Positions 17,898 to 27,167 of a stretch of DNA of 45,447 nucleotides are shown one piece after another. Within the stretch, counting starts at the first letter, position 1; each line of letters starts with the position of its first letter. The translations under genes and the position numbers were made by a program. The notes under the pieces were generated by a model. It was not told the origin of the DNA. It ran no database searches and saw only the letters and a program-made list of their open reading frames with translations. Origin of the DNA: an uncultured Cytophagia bacterium (GTDB lineage: Bacteria > Zhuqueibacterota > Zhuqueibacteria > Oceanimicrobiales > CAZGRP01); the NCBI GenBank assembly GCA_964527995.1, contig CAZGRP010000025.1, positions 14,998 through 60,444 of the forward strand, written 5' to 3'.

Positions 17898-18870
17898 TCA
17901 GCGACGGGGCGATCCCAGGGCGTCGAGCAGCCCCTTCATGTAGCCCACGGCGTAGAGTCGGCCGAGCATCATGTAGCCAGGCGCCTCGTTCGCTTCCTCT
18001 TCGAGCGTCGGCACGTGGTCGGGTCGGATCGGTCCGTCGAAGCCAACCTCCTCATAGGCTCGCATGGCCTCCGCCATGTCCGTCTTGCCCTCGTCGTGGA
18101 AGGTCTCCTCGAAGGCCGGAACGCTGCCACGGATGTCCCGGAAGTGAGCAAAGAAGATCTTCCCTTGCTCTCCGAAGTGGCGGATGGCCGAGGGTACATC
18201 GACGCCCTCCATGGCTCCGAAGGTCCCCTGGCACAGTGTGATGCCGTTGAAGTCACTCGGCGGCACCATCTCGAGCACGCGGTCGCACGCCTCAATGCTG
18301 CGGAGGATGCGGGCCACTCCACGGATCGGTGAAATCGGCGGATCGTCCGGATGCAGGGCCAGCTTCACTCCTGCCTCCTCAGCGACCGGAACCACTCGCT
18401 TCAGGAAGTACTCGAGGCTATCCCATAATTGCTCCTCCGACACTTCCCCGGCCCAGGTCAGGGGAGCTTTCTCCATCAGGCGGTGGTCGTAGCTGGTGAC
18501 CAGGGCGCCGCCGCGGCCACGCGTGGTCGTGGAGGTCCGCAACCAGTTGAACACGGCCATGAAGTTGTAGCAGAGCACCGGGATGCCGGCTGCGCCCATG
18601 TTGCGGACGGACTGGCAAAAGTTCTCCAGGTCCTCATCCCTTCCCGGCAGGCCGAGTTTGATCCGGTCGGAGATCGGGATGCTCTCGATGACTGACAGGG
18701 TCAGCCCGGCATCCTCCACCCTCTTGCGCAGTTGCAGCAAAGGCAGGAACTCCCAAACCGGTCCCCGCTGCGCCTCCGGTAACACGGTGACGATGTCGGT
18801 GACGCCGATCTGCCTGGCAAGCCGCAGGTTAGATTCAGAAAGCGAACGCAGGAACAAAGCGATTCTCATG
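17898..18870 (-). CDS. uxuA: mannonate dehydratase
   Basis: ORF 17898..18956 (-). Strong similarity in motif order to UxuA ('CYNFM.VF.W.RT', 'LALHPDDPP', 'GPIRPDH', 'GYMMLGRLYA'). Start placed at ATG 18870, with GAGGAG 6 nt upstream. Confidence 0.8.
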
Positions 18871-19088
18871 CTCATCTCCTCATCGAAATTGGCCCTGCTA
18901 CGCGAACCCGTATAGCTACAAACCGCCGCCGCCCCTTCGTCGTTCCAACCGCTCACTTCCCTGAAGAAGGGCGTCCCTCGTCGTCTGTGGCCGCTCTCCG
19001 GTGACCCTACGCCATGGCCTCAACGGGTCTGCGACTCTGATACCTTAGGAGCCAGCCGCTCCCGGGCTCACCACTGCTTCCGCAGGAG

Positions 19089-20732
19089 TCAGCGCAGGAG
19101 CATCAGCTTACGCGTGATCGTTTTCCCCCCGGCGACCACCAGGCGGTATAGATACACCCCACTGGCGACCAGTCGGCCCGCCCCATCCCGGCCGTCCCAC
19201 AGCAAGGTGTGGCGACCGGGACCTTGCCGTCCGTGGAACAGCGTACGGACGACCTCACCGCGGACGTTGACGATGGAGACGGTCACATCGCCGGCTTCCG
19301 GCAGCTCGTAGCCAATGCGTGTCCCGGCATTGAAGGGATTCGGATAGTTCCGCTCGAGTCGAACCTGCTGCGGCAGCCGATGGTCTGGGCGCTCGCTGAC
19401 ATAGGTGGGGCGCCCGCGAAGCAGATTGCGGATCATGCGCTGCATGTTTTCGTAGCGAATAAAAGTTCCACCGAAGGAGATCGAGCCGACCGAGAACACA
19501 TAGCCACCACCGGGATGGTCGTAATAGACCATGTTGGCGCCGCCACCGTTCGGGTTCTGTCCCTTGGCCAGCAGAACGACATTGGCCGGCGAGTTGTCCG
19601 GGTCGATCTTGTCGGTCTCCCAGCCGCTGGCGCCACCACCGTTGAATCCCAGAAAGCCGAAACGGCTGCCGCTTGTCAAGCCGGTACCCTCGAAGACCCA
19701 ATGATCCCCGTTCACAACCTGATAGGCGGCCCAGGTGTTATAGCCCGCACTTGTGTACCGGACACCGAGGATGCGCGCCTGCGGCCGGCCGACCTCTCTC
19801 CACTGGCCGCCCTGTTCCCCGGTTTGCACATGCACAGCGCGGTCCTTGCGTACCTCCATGACCGTACCGGTGGAGTCGAAGGTGGCCTTCCAGTAGAGGC
19901 CGTTGCCACCGAGATAGAGCAGGTTGCCGCCATGGTTCAGGAAGCGCTGCAGGCCATCCATCATGTTGGCCGTCCAGTACTCCGGATGTGTGTTGAGAAT
20001 CACGGTCTGGTATCCGTCGAAGAGGGTGGTATCGGCATGAAGATCGGCGTCCGCGTACAGGTCGTAGTCGTAGCCGTTTTTCTCGAGCCACGACAGCACC
20101 CAAAGCTCGGCGCGAGTGAGATGGTTGATGCCGCTGGCCACAGGGTTGGCACGCCGATTCGGGCGCTCGAAGGAAACGAATTTGGCGTAGTCGTCGGACG
20201 GCACATAGAGCGACTTTCCGCCCCAGGCATTGTAGGCGTTCCAGGTGTTGGTGGAGGCAAGCACCGCGATGGCGGCCGAAGGGCGCCTGGCGGGCTTGAC
20301 GATGAAGGTGACATAGATGGCACCGCCGTTGGAGTCCTTGAGATAAGCGGAGTAAAGGCCGCTGCGGGCGCTGTCCGGGATCCATAGCGCGAAGGTCGTC
20401 TGCCAGCCACATCCCACCTTCCAAACCGAGTCTGGGATGTCTTGAAACATGCCGGGTATACTTCCCACGACGGCAAGCGTGTCCACCCGCTCTCCAAACC
20501 GCATGAGGATGGCAGAAAAGGAGTCGGCGGCCGTGCTCGTCTTGAAGTACACCGAGTCGCCCTGGGATACGCTGATAGTTGCGGTGTACCCGCTCATCAC
20601 CTCAGATGTCAGCTCTTCCGCCATGACACCTTGGGGCTCTCCTTCGCCCTTCGCTCGCGCCGACGGCGGATCAACCGCAGCAAGAACTGTCAAGAGAGCA
20701 GTGGCCAGCACGGCCGCAGTCCGCATTCTCAT
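19089..20732 (-). CDS. secreted T9SS-sorted protein, DmfA2-like / class-I glutamine-amidotransferase-like fold (function unknown)
   Basis: 547 aa. Signal peptide 'MRMRTAAVLATALLTVLAAV'. 'NHGGNLLYLGGNGLYW' resembles the N,N-dimethylformamidase large-subunit family block. C-terminal ~80 aa ('NYPNPFNAGTRIGYELPEAGDVTVSIVNVRGEVV..GVYLYRLV') is a TIGR04183-type T9SS sorting domain. Confidence 0.45.
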   Translation of the reverse strand: MRMRTAAVLATALLTVLAAVDPPSARAKGEGEPQGVMAEELTSEVMSGYTATISVSQGDSVYFKTSTAADSFSAILMRFGERVDTLAVVGSIPGMFQDIPDSVWKVGCGWQTTFALWIPDSARSGLYSAYLKDSNGGAIYVTFIVKPARRPSAAIAVLASTNTWNAYNAWGGKSLYVPSDDYAKFVSFERPNRRANPVASGINHLTRAELWVLSWLEKNGYDYDLYADADLHADTTLFDGYQTVILNTHPEYWTANMMDGLQRFLNHGGNLLYLGGNGLYWKATFDSTGTVMEVRKDRAVHVQTGEQGGQWREVGRPQARILGVRYTSAGYNTWAAYQVVNGDHWVFEGTGLTSGSRFGFLGFNGGGASGWETDKIDPDNSPANVVLLAKGQNPNGGGANMVYYDHPGGGYVFSVGSISFGGTFIRYENMQRMIRNLLRGRPTYVSERPDHRLPQQVRLERNYPNPFNAGTRIGYELPEAGDVTVSIVNVRGEVVRTLFHGRQGPGRHTLLWDGRDGAGRLVASGVYLYRLVVAGGKTITRKLMLLR

Positions 20733-20782
20733 GAGTCCTCCTTTGCGCTTGAGAGTTCATCGCGGATGGAGTCTTCGGAATT

Positions 20783-20870
20783 CGATTTTTTGCTTGACAA
20801 TGAGAAAGGAAATGTTATTTTCGGACTAACTTAACTAAACTAACTTAGTTATTCGTTTTCAAACTGTCAA
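20783..20870. promoter_or_regulatory. divergent promoters (minus: A-tract, TTGACA 20870..20865, 17 bp spacer, TAAGTT 20847..20842; plus: conserved module with TTGACA 20795..20800) flanking operator-like AACTT/AAGTT repeats (20825..20852, including AACTTAGTT)
   Basis: Read directly. Lies between the T9SS-protein-uxuA unit (minus) and the alpha/beta-hydrolase ... Gfo unit (plus). The first 22 nt of the plus-strand module (CGATTTTTTGCTTGACAATGAG) match 14864..14885 at 21 of 22 positions. Confidence 0.45.
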
Positions 20871-20900
20871 GGATTTTTCCAGAGAAGCGGAGTTGAGCAA

Positions 20901-22154
20901 ATGCAGCGACGCGCTTTTCTGAAGGCGGCGGTTGCGGGCGTCCTCGGCGCACGTCTGCGCGCGGCTGGGAAAAAGTCGCAGCTGTGGGCCGGCGAGGAGC
21001 CACCGGCGCAACAGCTGCGCTACATCCGCTGGAGCTGGCAGCGCTGGCTGCAGATCACCGGAGCAAAACGCCCGGGGATTCGTACCGACCAGAGCGGCAA
21101 GCGGGAACTGGTCGACTTGCTGCGCACTGGTGGCAAGGAACTCAAAACGGCGGAAGCGTGGGAACACAGGCGCGGCGAGATCGAGGCGGTGCTGCGCGAG
21201 TTCCTCGGGCCGCCTCCCTCCGAGAGACCGCCGCTCGACGCCAGAGTTGTTGAGGAACGCCGGTTTGTGGATTTTATCCGCCGGAAGGTGATTTTCACGT
21301 CGGAGCCAGGGGAAGTAATTCCGTCCTATCTTTTCGTTCCTACCGAGCTGAAGGGGCGGGCGCCGGCGATGCTCACACCGCATCAGACCAACTACGACGG
21401 CAAACTCGAGCCGGCAGGTATCCGTGGCGAGCCGTCACTGGCCCTGGCCGTGCAACTGGCGCAGCGCGGATACGTCACTCTGGCCGCTGACGCTATTGCG
21501 TTTGGGGAGCGCCACGAGCCGTCTTCGGGACATTACGGCGACGCGATTGAGTTTTACTACCGCCACCCGCAGTGGTCAGTGATGGGCAAGATGAACTGGG
21601 ACAAGGGGCGGGCCATCGACTATCTTCAGAGTCTGGAGTTTGTTGACGCCGACCGCATCGGCACCATCGGTCATTCGCACGGCGCGTACGGCTCCCTCTG
21701 GGCTGCAGCTTTCGATCCGCGCATCAAGGTTGTCGTGGCGAGCTGTGGTTTCGACACCTTTCGTGCCGACGGCAACACCTGGCGCTGGTCGCACGGCACT
21801 GCGCTGCTTCCGAAGCTCGGCTTCTACCTGGGCGATGCCGGTGCAAAGCTCAGTCTCGAAAACTTCCAGGACTACTGGGTGGAGGAAGTCACCGAGGTGC
21901 CGTTCGACTACCATCATGTGCTCTCCCTCATCGCCCCACGGCCGACCTTCTATGCCGTGGCTTTGGACGACGAGGTTTTCCCGCATGCCGAAAGCACAGT
22001 GGAGGCCATCAACCTGACACGCAAGGTCTACCAGCTCTACGGCGCCGACGAGCGCGTGGCCGTGCATACCTTCCCTGGCGGGCACCGCTTTCCAGCATCG
22101 GTTCGGAGGCAGGCCTTCGCCTGGCTGGACCGGTGGTTGATGGGGGATGGTTGA
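20901..22154 (+). CDS. Tat-exported alpha/beta-hydrolase (dienelactone-hydrolase / esterase-like)
   Basis: 417 aa. Twin-arginine signal 'MQRRAFLKAAVAGVLGA'. Nucleophile elbow 'GHSHGAYGS'. Asp/His residues further downstream complete a plausible triad. Confidence 0.5.
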   Translation: MQRRAFLKAAVAGVLGARLRAAGKKSQLWAGEEPPAQQLRYIRWSWQRWLQITGAKRPGIRTDQSGKRELVDLLRTGGKELKTAEAWEHRRGEIEAVLREFLGPPPSERPPLDARVVEERRFVDFIRRKVIFTSEPGEVIPSYLFVPTELKGRAPAMLTPHQTNYDGKLEPAGIRGEPSLALAVQLAQRGYVTLAADAIAFGERHEPSSGHYGDAIEFYYRHPQWSVMGKMNWDKGRAIDYLQSLEFVDADRIGTIGHSHGAYGSLWAAAFDPRIKVVVASCGFDTFRADGNTWRWSHGTALLPKLGFYLGDAGAKLSLENFQDYWVEEVTEVPFDYHHVLSLIAPRPTFYAVALDDEVFPHAESTVEAINLTRKVYQLYGADERVAVHTFPGGHRFPASVRRQAFAWLDRWLMGDG

Positions 22155-22329
22155 TGGAAGACGGGGACGCAAGCCGGATGAGGGGTGATGGCGGGTGGGC
22201 GCGGATTTTGGGCTGTGGATTGCCTACTGCCAACTGCCTCACCCGGGGAGCCGAGGCTGTGCCCAACTGATGACGGCGGCCAACGGAATGAACCCGATAC
22301 CTGGAACCCCAATAACCCACGTCTCAGCC

Positions 22330-23673
22330 ATGAATCGACGCACTTTCTTCACCGCATCCCTGGGAGCCGGCGTCTCCCTCGCCGGGCTCGCCGGCTGCTC
22401 CCAGCCCGAAAAAAGACGGACGACCGGGTCTGCTACCGCCACCGAGGAGGGCAAGTTGGCCGGTCTCTCCCTCGAGGCCCTGAAGGAACGGTATCGAAGC
22501 GACTTGTTCGACGACTTTCTTCCTTTCATGGACAAGTACATCATCGATCGCGAATACGGTGGCTTCATGTGCGATGCAGACCGCGATGGCACGCTTCTCG
22601 ACACCGACAAGAATGTCTGGTTCGAGGGACGCGGCATTTGGGTCTACTCTTTCCTGTACAATCATCTCGCCAAGGATCAGAAGTACCTGGATGTAGCCCG
22701 GCGCTCGGTGGACTTCATCCTGAAAAACAAGCCGACAGGAGATGCCCTCTGGCCGAGGTCCTTTACCCGCGAAGGCCGGCCCAAGTCGAAACCGCCGGCC
22801 GACGTGTACGGCGACCTGTTCGTCGCCGAAGGGCTGGCGGAATTCTCCAAGGCCGCCGGCGAGCCGCAGTACTGGGACATGGCCAAGGCCATCGTCCTCA
22901 AGTGTACCAGGATCTACGACCGCGACGACTACAATCCCATGATCGGGCGAACCTACCTCGGCCCGGACGCCCGGCCTTTCCCCGGTGCCCGCATCCAGGG
23001 TGTGTGGATGGTGCTGATCCGCATTGCCACTCAGATGTTGCGCATGCGCAACGACGCGGACCTCGAAGCCCTGGCCGATCGCTGCGTCGACGCCATCGTC
23101 TACCGCCACTACAATCCTGAGTTCCGGCTCAACAACGAACTCCTCAACCACGATCTATCCCGGCCCACCAACGAATATGCTCAGCTTGTCTACACAGGCC
23201 ATTCCATCGAGACCCTGTGGATGCTCATGGACGAGACTCTGCGCCGCAAGGACCGGAAGCTTTTCGAAACCGCCGCCGAACGCTTCCGGCGCCATGTCGA
23301 GGTGGCCTGGGACGACGTCTACGGCGGCGTTTTCCGCAATCTCCAGAACGTGGAGAAGAACATTTGGACCCTCGACAAAGTGCTGTGGGCCCAGGAGGAG
23401 GTGCTCATCGGCTCCATGATGGTGCTCGAGCACCTCGGCTCCAGGTGGGCGAAAGAATGGTTTTCCAGGATGTTTTCTTACGTGCAGGATAAATTCCCGC
23501 TGAAGCAATACGGATTTCCGCTCTGGCTTCTGTACACGGATCGTAAGGTCACTTTCGTGCGGCATGCCAAGCGGATCGGGAACTATCACCACCCCAGGCA
23601 TCTGATGCTCAACCTGCTGGCGATCCAGAGGATCCTCGATCGAGGCGGAAAAACCTCCGACGTGTTTGCGTGA
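22330..23673 (+). CDS. AGE-family (N-acylglucosamine 2-epimerase-like) (alpha/alpha)6-barrel protein, Tat lipoprotein. An unsaturated-uronyl-hydrolase-like (GH88/GH105) role is possible.
   Basis: ORF 22195..23673. Start placed at ATG 22330, giving Tat-lipoprotein signal 'MNRRTFFTASLGAGVSLAGLAGC'. Blocks 'NVWFEGRGIWVYSF', 'GHSIETLWMLMDE', 'KVLWAQEEVLIGS' fit the AGE / six-hairpin glycosidase fold. Confidence 0.45.
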   Translation: MNRRTFFTASLGAGVSLAGLAGCSQPEKRRTTGSATATEEGKLAGLSLEALKERYRSDLFDDFLPFMDKYIIDREYGGFMCDADRDGTLLDTDKNVWFEGRGIWVYSFLYNHLAKDQKYLDVARRSVDFILKNKPTGDALWPRSFTREGRPKSKPPADVYGDLFVAEGLAEFSKAAGEPQYWDMAKAIVLKCTRIYDRDDYNPMIGRTYLGPDARPFPGARIQGVWMVLIRIATQMLRMRNDADLEALADRCVDAIVYRHYNPEFRLNNELLNHDLSRPTNEYAQLVYTGHSIETLWMLMDETLRRKDRKLFETAAERFRRHVEVAWDDVYGGVFRNLQNVEKNIWTLDKVLWAQEEVLIGSMMVLEHLGSRWAKEWFSRMFSYVQDKFPLKQYGFPLWLLYTDRKVTFVRHAKRIGNYHHPRHLMLNLLAIQRILDRGGKTSDVFA

Positions 23674-23691
23674 CGGCAAGGATAGCGCACG

Positions 23692-24768
23692 ATGGCGGAG
23701 AGCAAAATCGGCTTTGGCATCATCGGCTGCGGCCTCATCAGTGAGTTTCACGCCCGGGCCATCCAGTCGCTTCCTGATGCTCGTGTCGTCGGCTTTGCGG
23801 ACGTGGCTCTCGAGAAGGCCCGGCAACGCTCCGGCCAATTCGGCGGCCAGGCGTACGCCGACTATCACCAGCTTCTCGACCTCGACGACGTTCACGTCAT
23901 CAACGTCTGCACACCGAATGGCATGCATGAGGAAATCGTCCTGGAAGCAGCGGCAGCCGGCAAACATGTGATGGTGGAAAAGCCTCTCGAAATCAGCCTC
24001 GAGCGCGCCGACCGGATGATCGCGGCCTGCAAGCAACATCACGTGAAACTTGCCACCGTGCTGCAGGCCCGCTTCCGGCCGGCCGTGCAGGCGCTGCGGC
24101 GGGCGGTAGAAGAAGGCCGACTCGGACGGCTTCTGCTCGGGGACGCAGTGGTGAAGTGGCATCGCGGCGAGTCCTACTACCACCGCGACCCCTGGCGCAG
24201 CACCCGGGCGCTGCAAGGCGGCGGGGTCATGATGCAGATCGCCATCCACTACATCGACCTGCTGCGCTGGCTGCTCGGACCTGTCGAGACAGTGACAGCC
24301 AGAACCGCCAACCTGCTCCGCCGCGACATCGAGGTTGAAGACAGCGGAATCGCTGTCATCGAGTTCAGTAATGGCGCGCTCGGTCTGGTAGAGGCGTCCA
24401 CCGCCATCGCGCCGGGATTCGAGCCGCGGCTCGAACTCCACGGCGAGCGCGGCAGTGTGCTCATCGAGGGCGACCGAATCCGTGACTGGGCCCTCGGCGA
24501 CGACGATGAACGCGCCCGCTTCATCGGCCTGGGTCGCCCCGGGCAGCGCACCGGCGCCGGCGGCGAGGCCGATTTCGGCTGGGAAGATCACCGTGCTGCC
24601 GTCGCCGATATGATCGAAGCCGTGCGCAGCGGTCGCGCCCCGGCGGTGACCGGAGAGGACGGCCGCAACGCCCTCGAGCTGGTGTTGGCCATCTATCGCT
24701 CCGCCGAGCTGGGTACCCCGGTGCGGCTGGCCCATGCCCGCAGGGCCGGTCCACAGACACCTGAATGA
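23692..24768 (+). CDS. Gfo/Idh/MocA-family oxidoreductase (2 of 3)
   Basis: 358 aa. 'IGFGIIGCGLISEFHA', 'GKHVMVEKPLE'. 18 bp downstream of the AGE gene. Confidence 0.8.
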   Translation: MAESKIGFGIIGCGLISEFHARAIQSLPDARVVGFADVALEKARQRSGQFGGQAYADYHQLLDLDDVHVINVCTPNGMHEEIVLEAAAAGKHVMVEKPLEISLERADRMIAACKQHHVKLATVLQARFRPAVQALRRAVEEGRLGRLLLGDAVVKWHRGESYYHRDPWRSTRALQGGGVMMQIAIHYIDLLRWLLGPVETVTARTANLLRRDIEVEDSGIAVIEFSNGALGLVEASTAIAPGFEPRLELHGERGSVLIEGDRIRDWALGDDDERARFIGLGRPGQRTGAGGEADFGWEDHRAAVADMIEAVRSGRAPAVTGEDGRNALELVLAIYRSAELGTPVRLAHARRAGPQTPE

Positions 24769-24846
24769 GTTGCCACCGAATGGGTTGGGAGCCACGGCGA
24801 AGGCTGTGCGCTCTCTGAACCAGATACTGCAAAGGGTGCCGTCTAC

Positions 24847-27075
24847 ATGGCTATCAGCAACTGCCGAAAGCTCAAGCGACTGATGCCGACTCTGATCGGT
24901 ATCCTGCTCGCTTTAAGTCTCGGTCCAGATTCGGCGGCCGCCCGGCCCGACACTTTGAGCGTCTCGGTGAGTCGCTTCCGTGTCGCTCCGGGGGACACGG
25001 TCGACATTCGCGTGCAATTACGCGGCACAAACGGAACGAACCGCGAGCAAGTGCAGGCCGTCCTTCTCAAGCCTTCCCGAGGCGTCGAACCTCTGTCCCT
25101 GTCGCAGGTGGGATCGGAACCAGGTCTTTATCGCGCTCAGATACGGTTCGGAAGCGACGACGCGGCCGGGCTTTATGCCGTGCACGTCTGGACGGGTCCG
25201 CAACGCCAGCCACGAGCGGTCGGCAAGGCAACGGTGCTGCTGGGGAGAATCGTCGCCGATTTCGCGCTGCCGGGATACATTGACGGCGACCGGCCCGCGG
25301 CCGACCTGAAGCGTTACCTGGATGAGTTCCAGGCATTCGGCGGAAATCTTCTCGTAGCCCACGGGCTGATCACGGGCAAAAAGGCCTACTACGCGTCGCG
25401 GGTCGTCCAGACAGACGTCCAGCCCGGCTCGCCGGACGACCTCGTCGAGGCCATGCTTCGGGAAGCGGACCGGCGTGGCATCAGCGTTTTGCTCTCGGTC
25501 AGTTGGGACTTAACGCGGAAGACGCCCTATGGGGACCGGATGCGGCAGATCCGATCGATCATGAAGGAGATGTACTCGCTGTACCGTCACCACCCCTCGC
25601 TGGTCGGCTTTTACTCTTATCAGGAAGGCAGCGGCACCTACTATGTTCCGTTTATTCGCGAATTCAGCCGGTTTGCCAAAAGCCTGAATCCAAATCTCCT
25701 GACTGCCTGCGCACCCTATGTCGACGACCCGCTGCTGGCTGGATATCTTTCCACGGTCGAATCGCTGGACATCATCATCTACCAGGGCATGGTGATGGCG
25801 AGCTATCGCTCTGACAATCAGAAGATGTACCCGCTCCGTCGCGTCAGGGACTTCGTCTCGCTGGGGATTGGTGCGGCCAAGCTACAAAACAAGATTTCCC
25901 TTACTCATGTGGAGCTGTTCGGATATGACCAGCACCGCCTGGCCCCGGACATCCCTGCCACAACCTACGACAATATCTACGGGCAGATCTTGAGCGCCGC
26001 CACGGCAGCGGGTGCCGACGGCATTGCTCTTTTCACCTATCACGCCCACATTTTCGCTCCTGCAAAGAAACACCCTCAAGTGGAGCGCAGCCGCGCCGCT
26101 GTGCGAGATGGGCTGAAGGCGTTTCGTCTCATCACGTCTGAGATTTCAATCGAACCCAACCACCTGGCTCTCTACGTCCCCTACTCGGACTGGGTGATCG
26201 AACGCTGGCCGAACGACTACCTGCCGGCGCTGGACGCGTTCCGCACCATGGGAATCCCGGTGGATGTGCTGCCTTATGCACCACCTGTCGACGAGTCGCT
26301 CTTGCCCTACTACCCGTTTCACTTGAACAAGGACGTACTGGCCCGTCTCCTGAAACAACGAACCGTCCTGATTCTGCCCAACGTCTCCGGCTTCCAGCAG
26401 ACAGACAGCGACCTGATCAAGGCCTTTGTTGACGCAGGCGGCGCCGTGGTCGCTTTTGGCCCTCAGATTCCAACGGGCCGGAGCTATGACCGGCGGGAAC
26501 TGTTCGGCGGCGAAGAGGCTGACACCAAGACTCGGACCGCCCTGACGGTGCGCCGGGCGATCGGCGACCGCGTCCCCAGCGGCAGCCGCCGCACGCTGGA
26601 TGGGCTGCGGCTTCGCGCCTGGAGGGTGACCGATGGCAAGGCGGTGGCCACCTTCGAAGACGGTTCCGCGGCCGTCGTCACCCACAGACCTGGCAAAGGC
26701 GTGACGATCGCGATTTTGCCGGACGCCCAGACAGCAGCCCGATATATCCCCGACTTGGTCCGCGACGCCATCGACTACGCGCTGCAGTCGATGGGTGTCA
26801 CCCGCCCGGTCGACATCCTCGGCACAAACGCCGATGTCGATCTGGCTGTCCGCACCCTGCCGCGAGGTTTTCGAGTCGGTGTCGTGAACCACAACCCGGT
26901 CGAGCTACCCATCCGGCTCAAACCTTTGGGGAGGCTGGCAGCCGTGTTGCTGCAGTGGCGCGATCTGGCCACCGGACAGGACATCGGGCAATCACAACCG
27001 AATCAGGCGTTGAGCATTCGCATCCCTGCCGGAGGATTTCGCGCGCTGGAGTGCCGCGAGAAGCCGGCCCGCTGA
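24847..27075 (+). CDS. secreted multidomain glycoside-hydrolase-like protein (N-terminal Ig-like region, DUF4434/GHL-type TIM barrel, GATase1-like / beta-galactosidase-trimerisation-like domain)
   Basis: 742 aa. Signal 'MPTLIGILLALSLGPDSAAA'; start could be 24847 or 24883. TIM-barrel-like core 'GISVLLSVSWD...YVPFIREF..LDIIIYQGM'. 'VLILPNVSGFQQTDSDLIKAFVDAGGAVVAFG' resembles a GATase1-like domain. Confidence 0.35.
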   Translation: MAISNCRKLKRLMPTLIGILLALSLGPDSAAARPDTLSVSVSRFRVAPGDTVDIRVQLRGTNGTNREQVQAVLLKPSRGVEPLSLSQVGSEPGLYRAQIRFGSDDAAGLYAVHVWTGPQRQPRAVGKATVLLGRIVADFALPGYIDGDRPAADLKRYLDEFQAFGGNLLVAHGLITGKKAYYASRVVQTDVQPGSPDDLVEAMLREADRRGISVLLSVSWDLTRKTPYGDRMRQIRSIMKEMYSLYRHHPSLVGFYSYQEGSGTYYVPFIREFSRFAKSLNPNLLTACAPYVDDPLLAGYLSTVESLDIIIYQGMVMASYRSDNQKMYPLRRVRDFVSLGIGAAKLQNKISLTHVELFGYDQHRLAPDIPATTYDNIYGQILSAATAAGADGIALFTYHAHIFAPAKKHPQVERSRAAVRDGLKAFRLITSEISIEPNHLALYVPYSDWVIERWPNDYLPALDAFRTMGIPVDVLPYAPPVDESLLPYYPFHLNKDVLARLLKQRTVLILPNVSGFQQTDSDLIKAFVDAGGAVVAFGPQIPTGRSYDRRELFGGEEADTKTRTALTVRRAIGDRVPSGSRRTLDGLRLRAWRVTDGKAVATFEDGSAAVVTHRPGKGVTIAILPDAQTAARYIPDLVRDAIDYALQSMGVTRPVDILGTNADVDLAVRTLPRGFRVGVVNHNPVELPIRLKPLGRLAAVLLQWRDLATGQDIGQSQPNQALSIRIPAGGFRALECREKPAR

Positions 27076-27167
27076 GAAAAACGGGGCGCGCAATTGGAAA
27101 ACCGCGTCGGACCACGGGAAGGTCCGTGAGCATGCGCCGACTGCCAGGCTCCTGAAAGGAGGTATGA

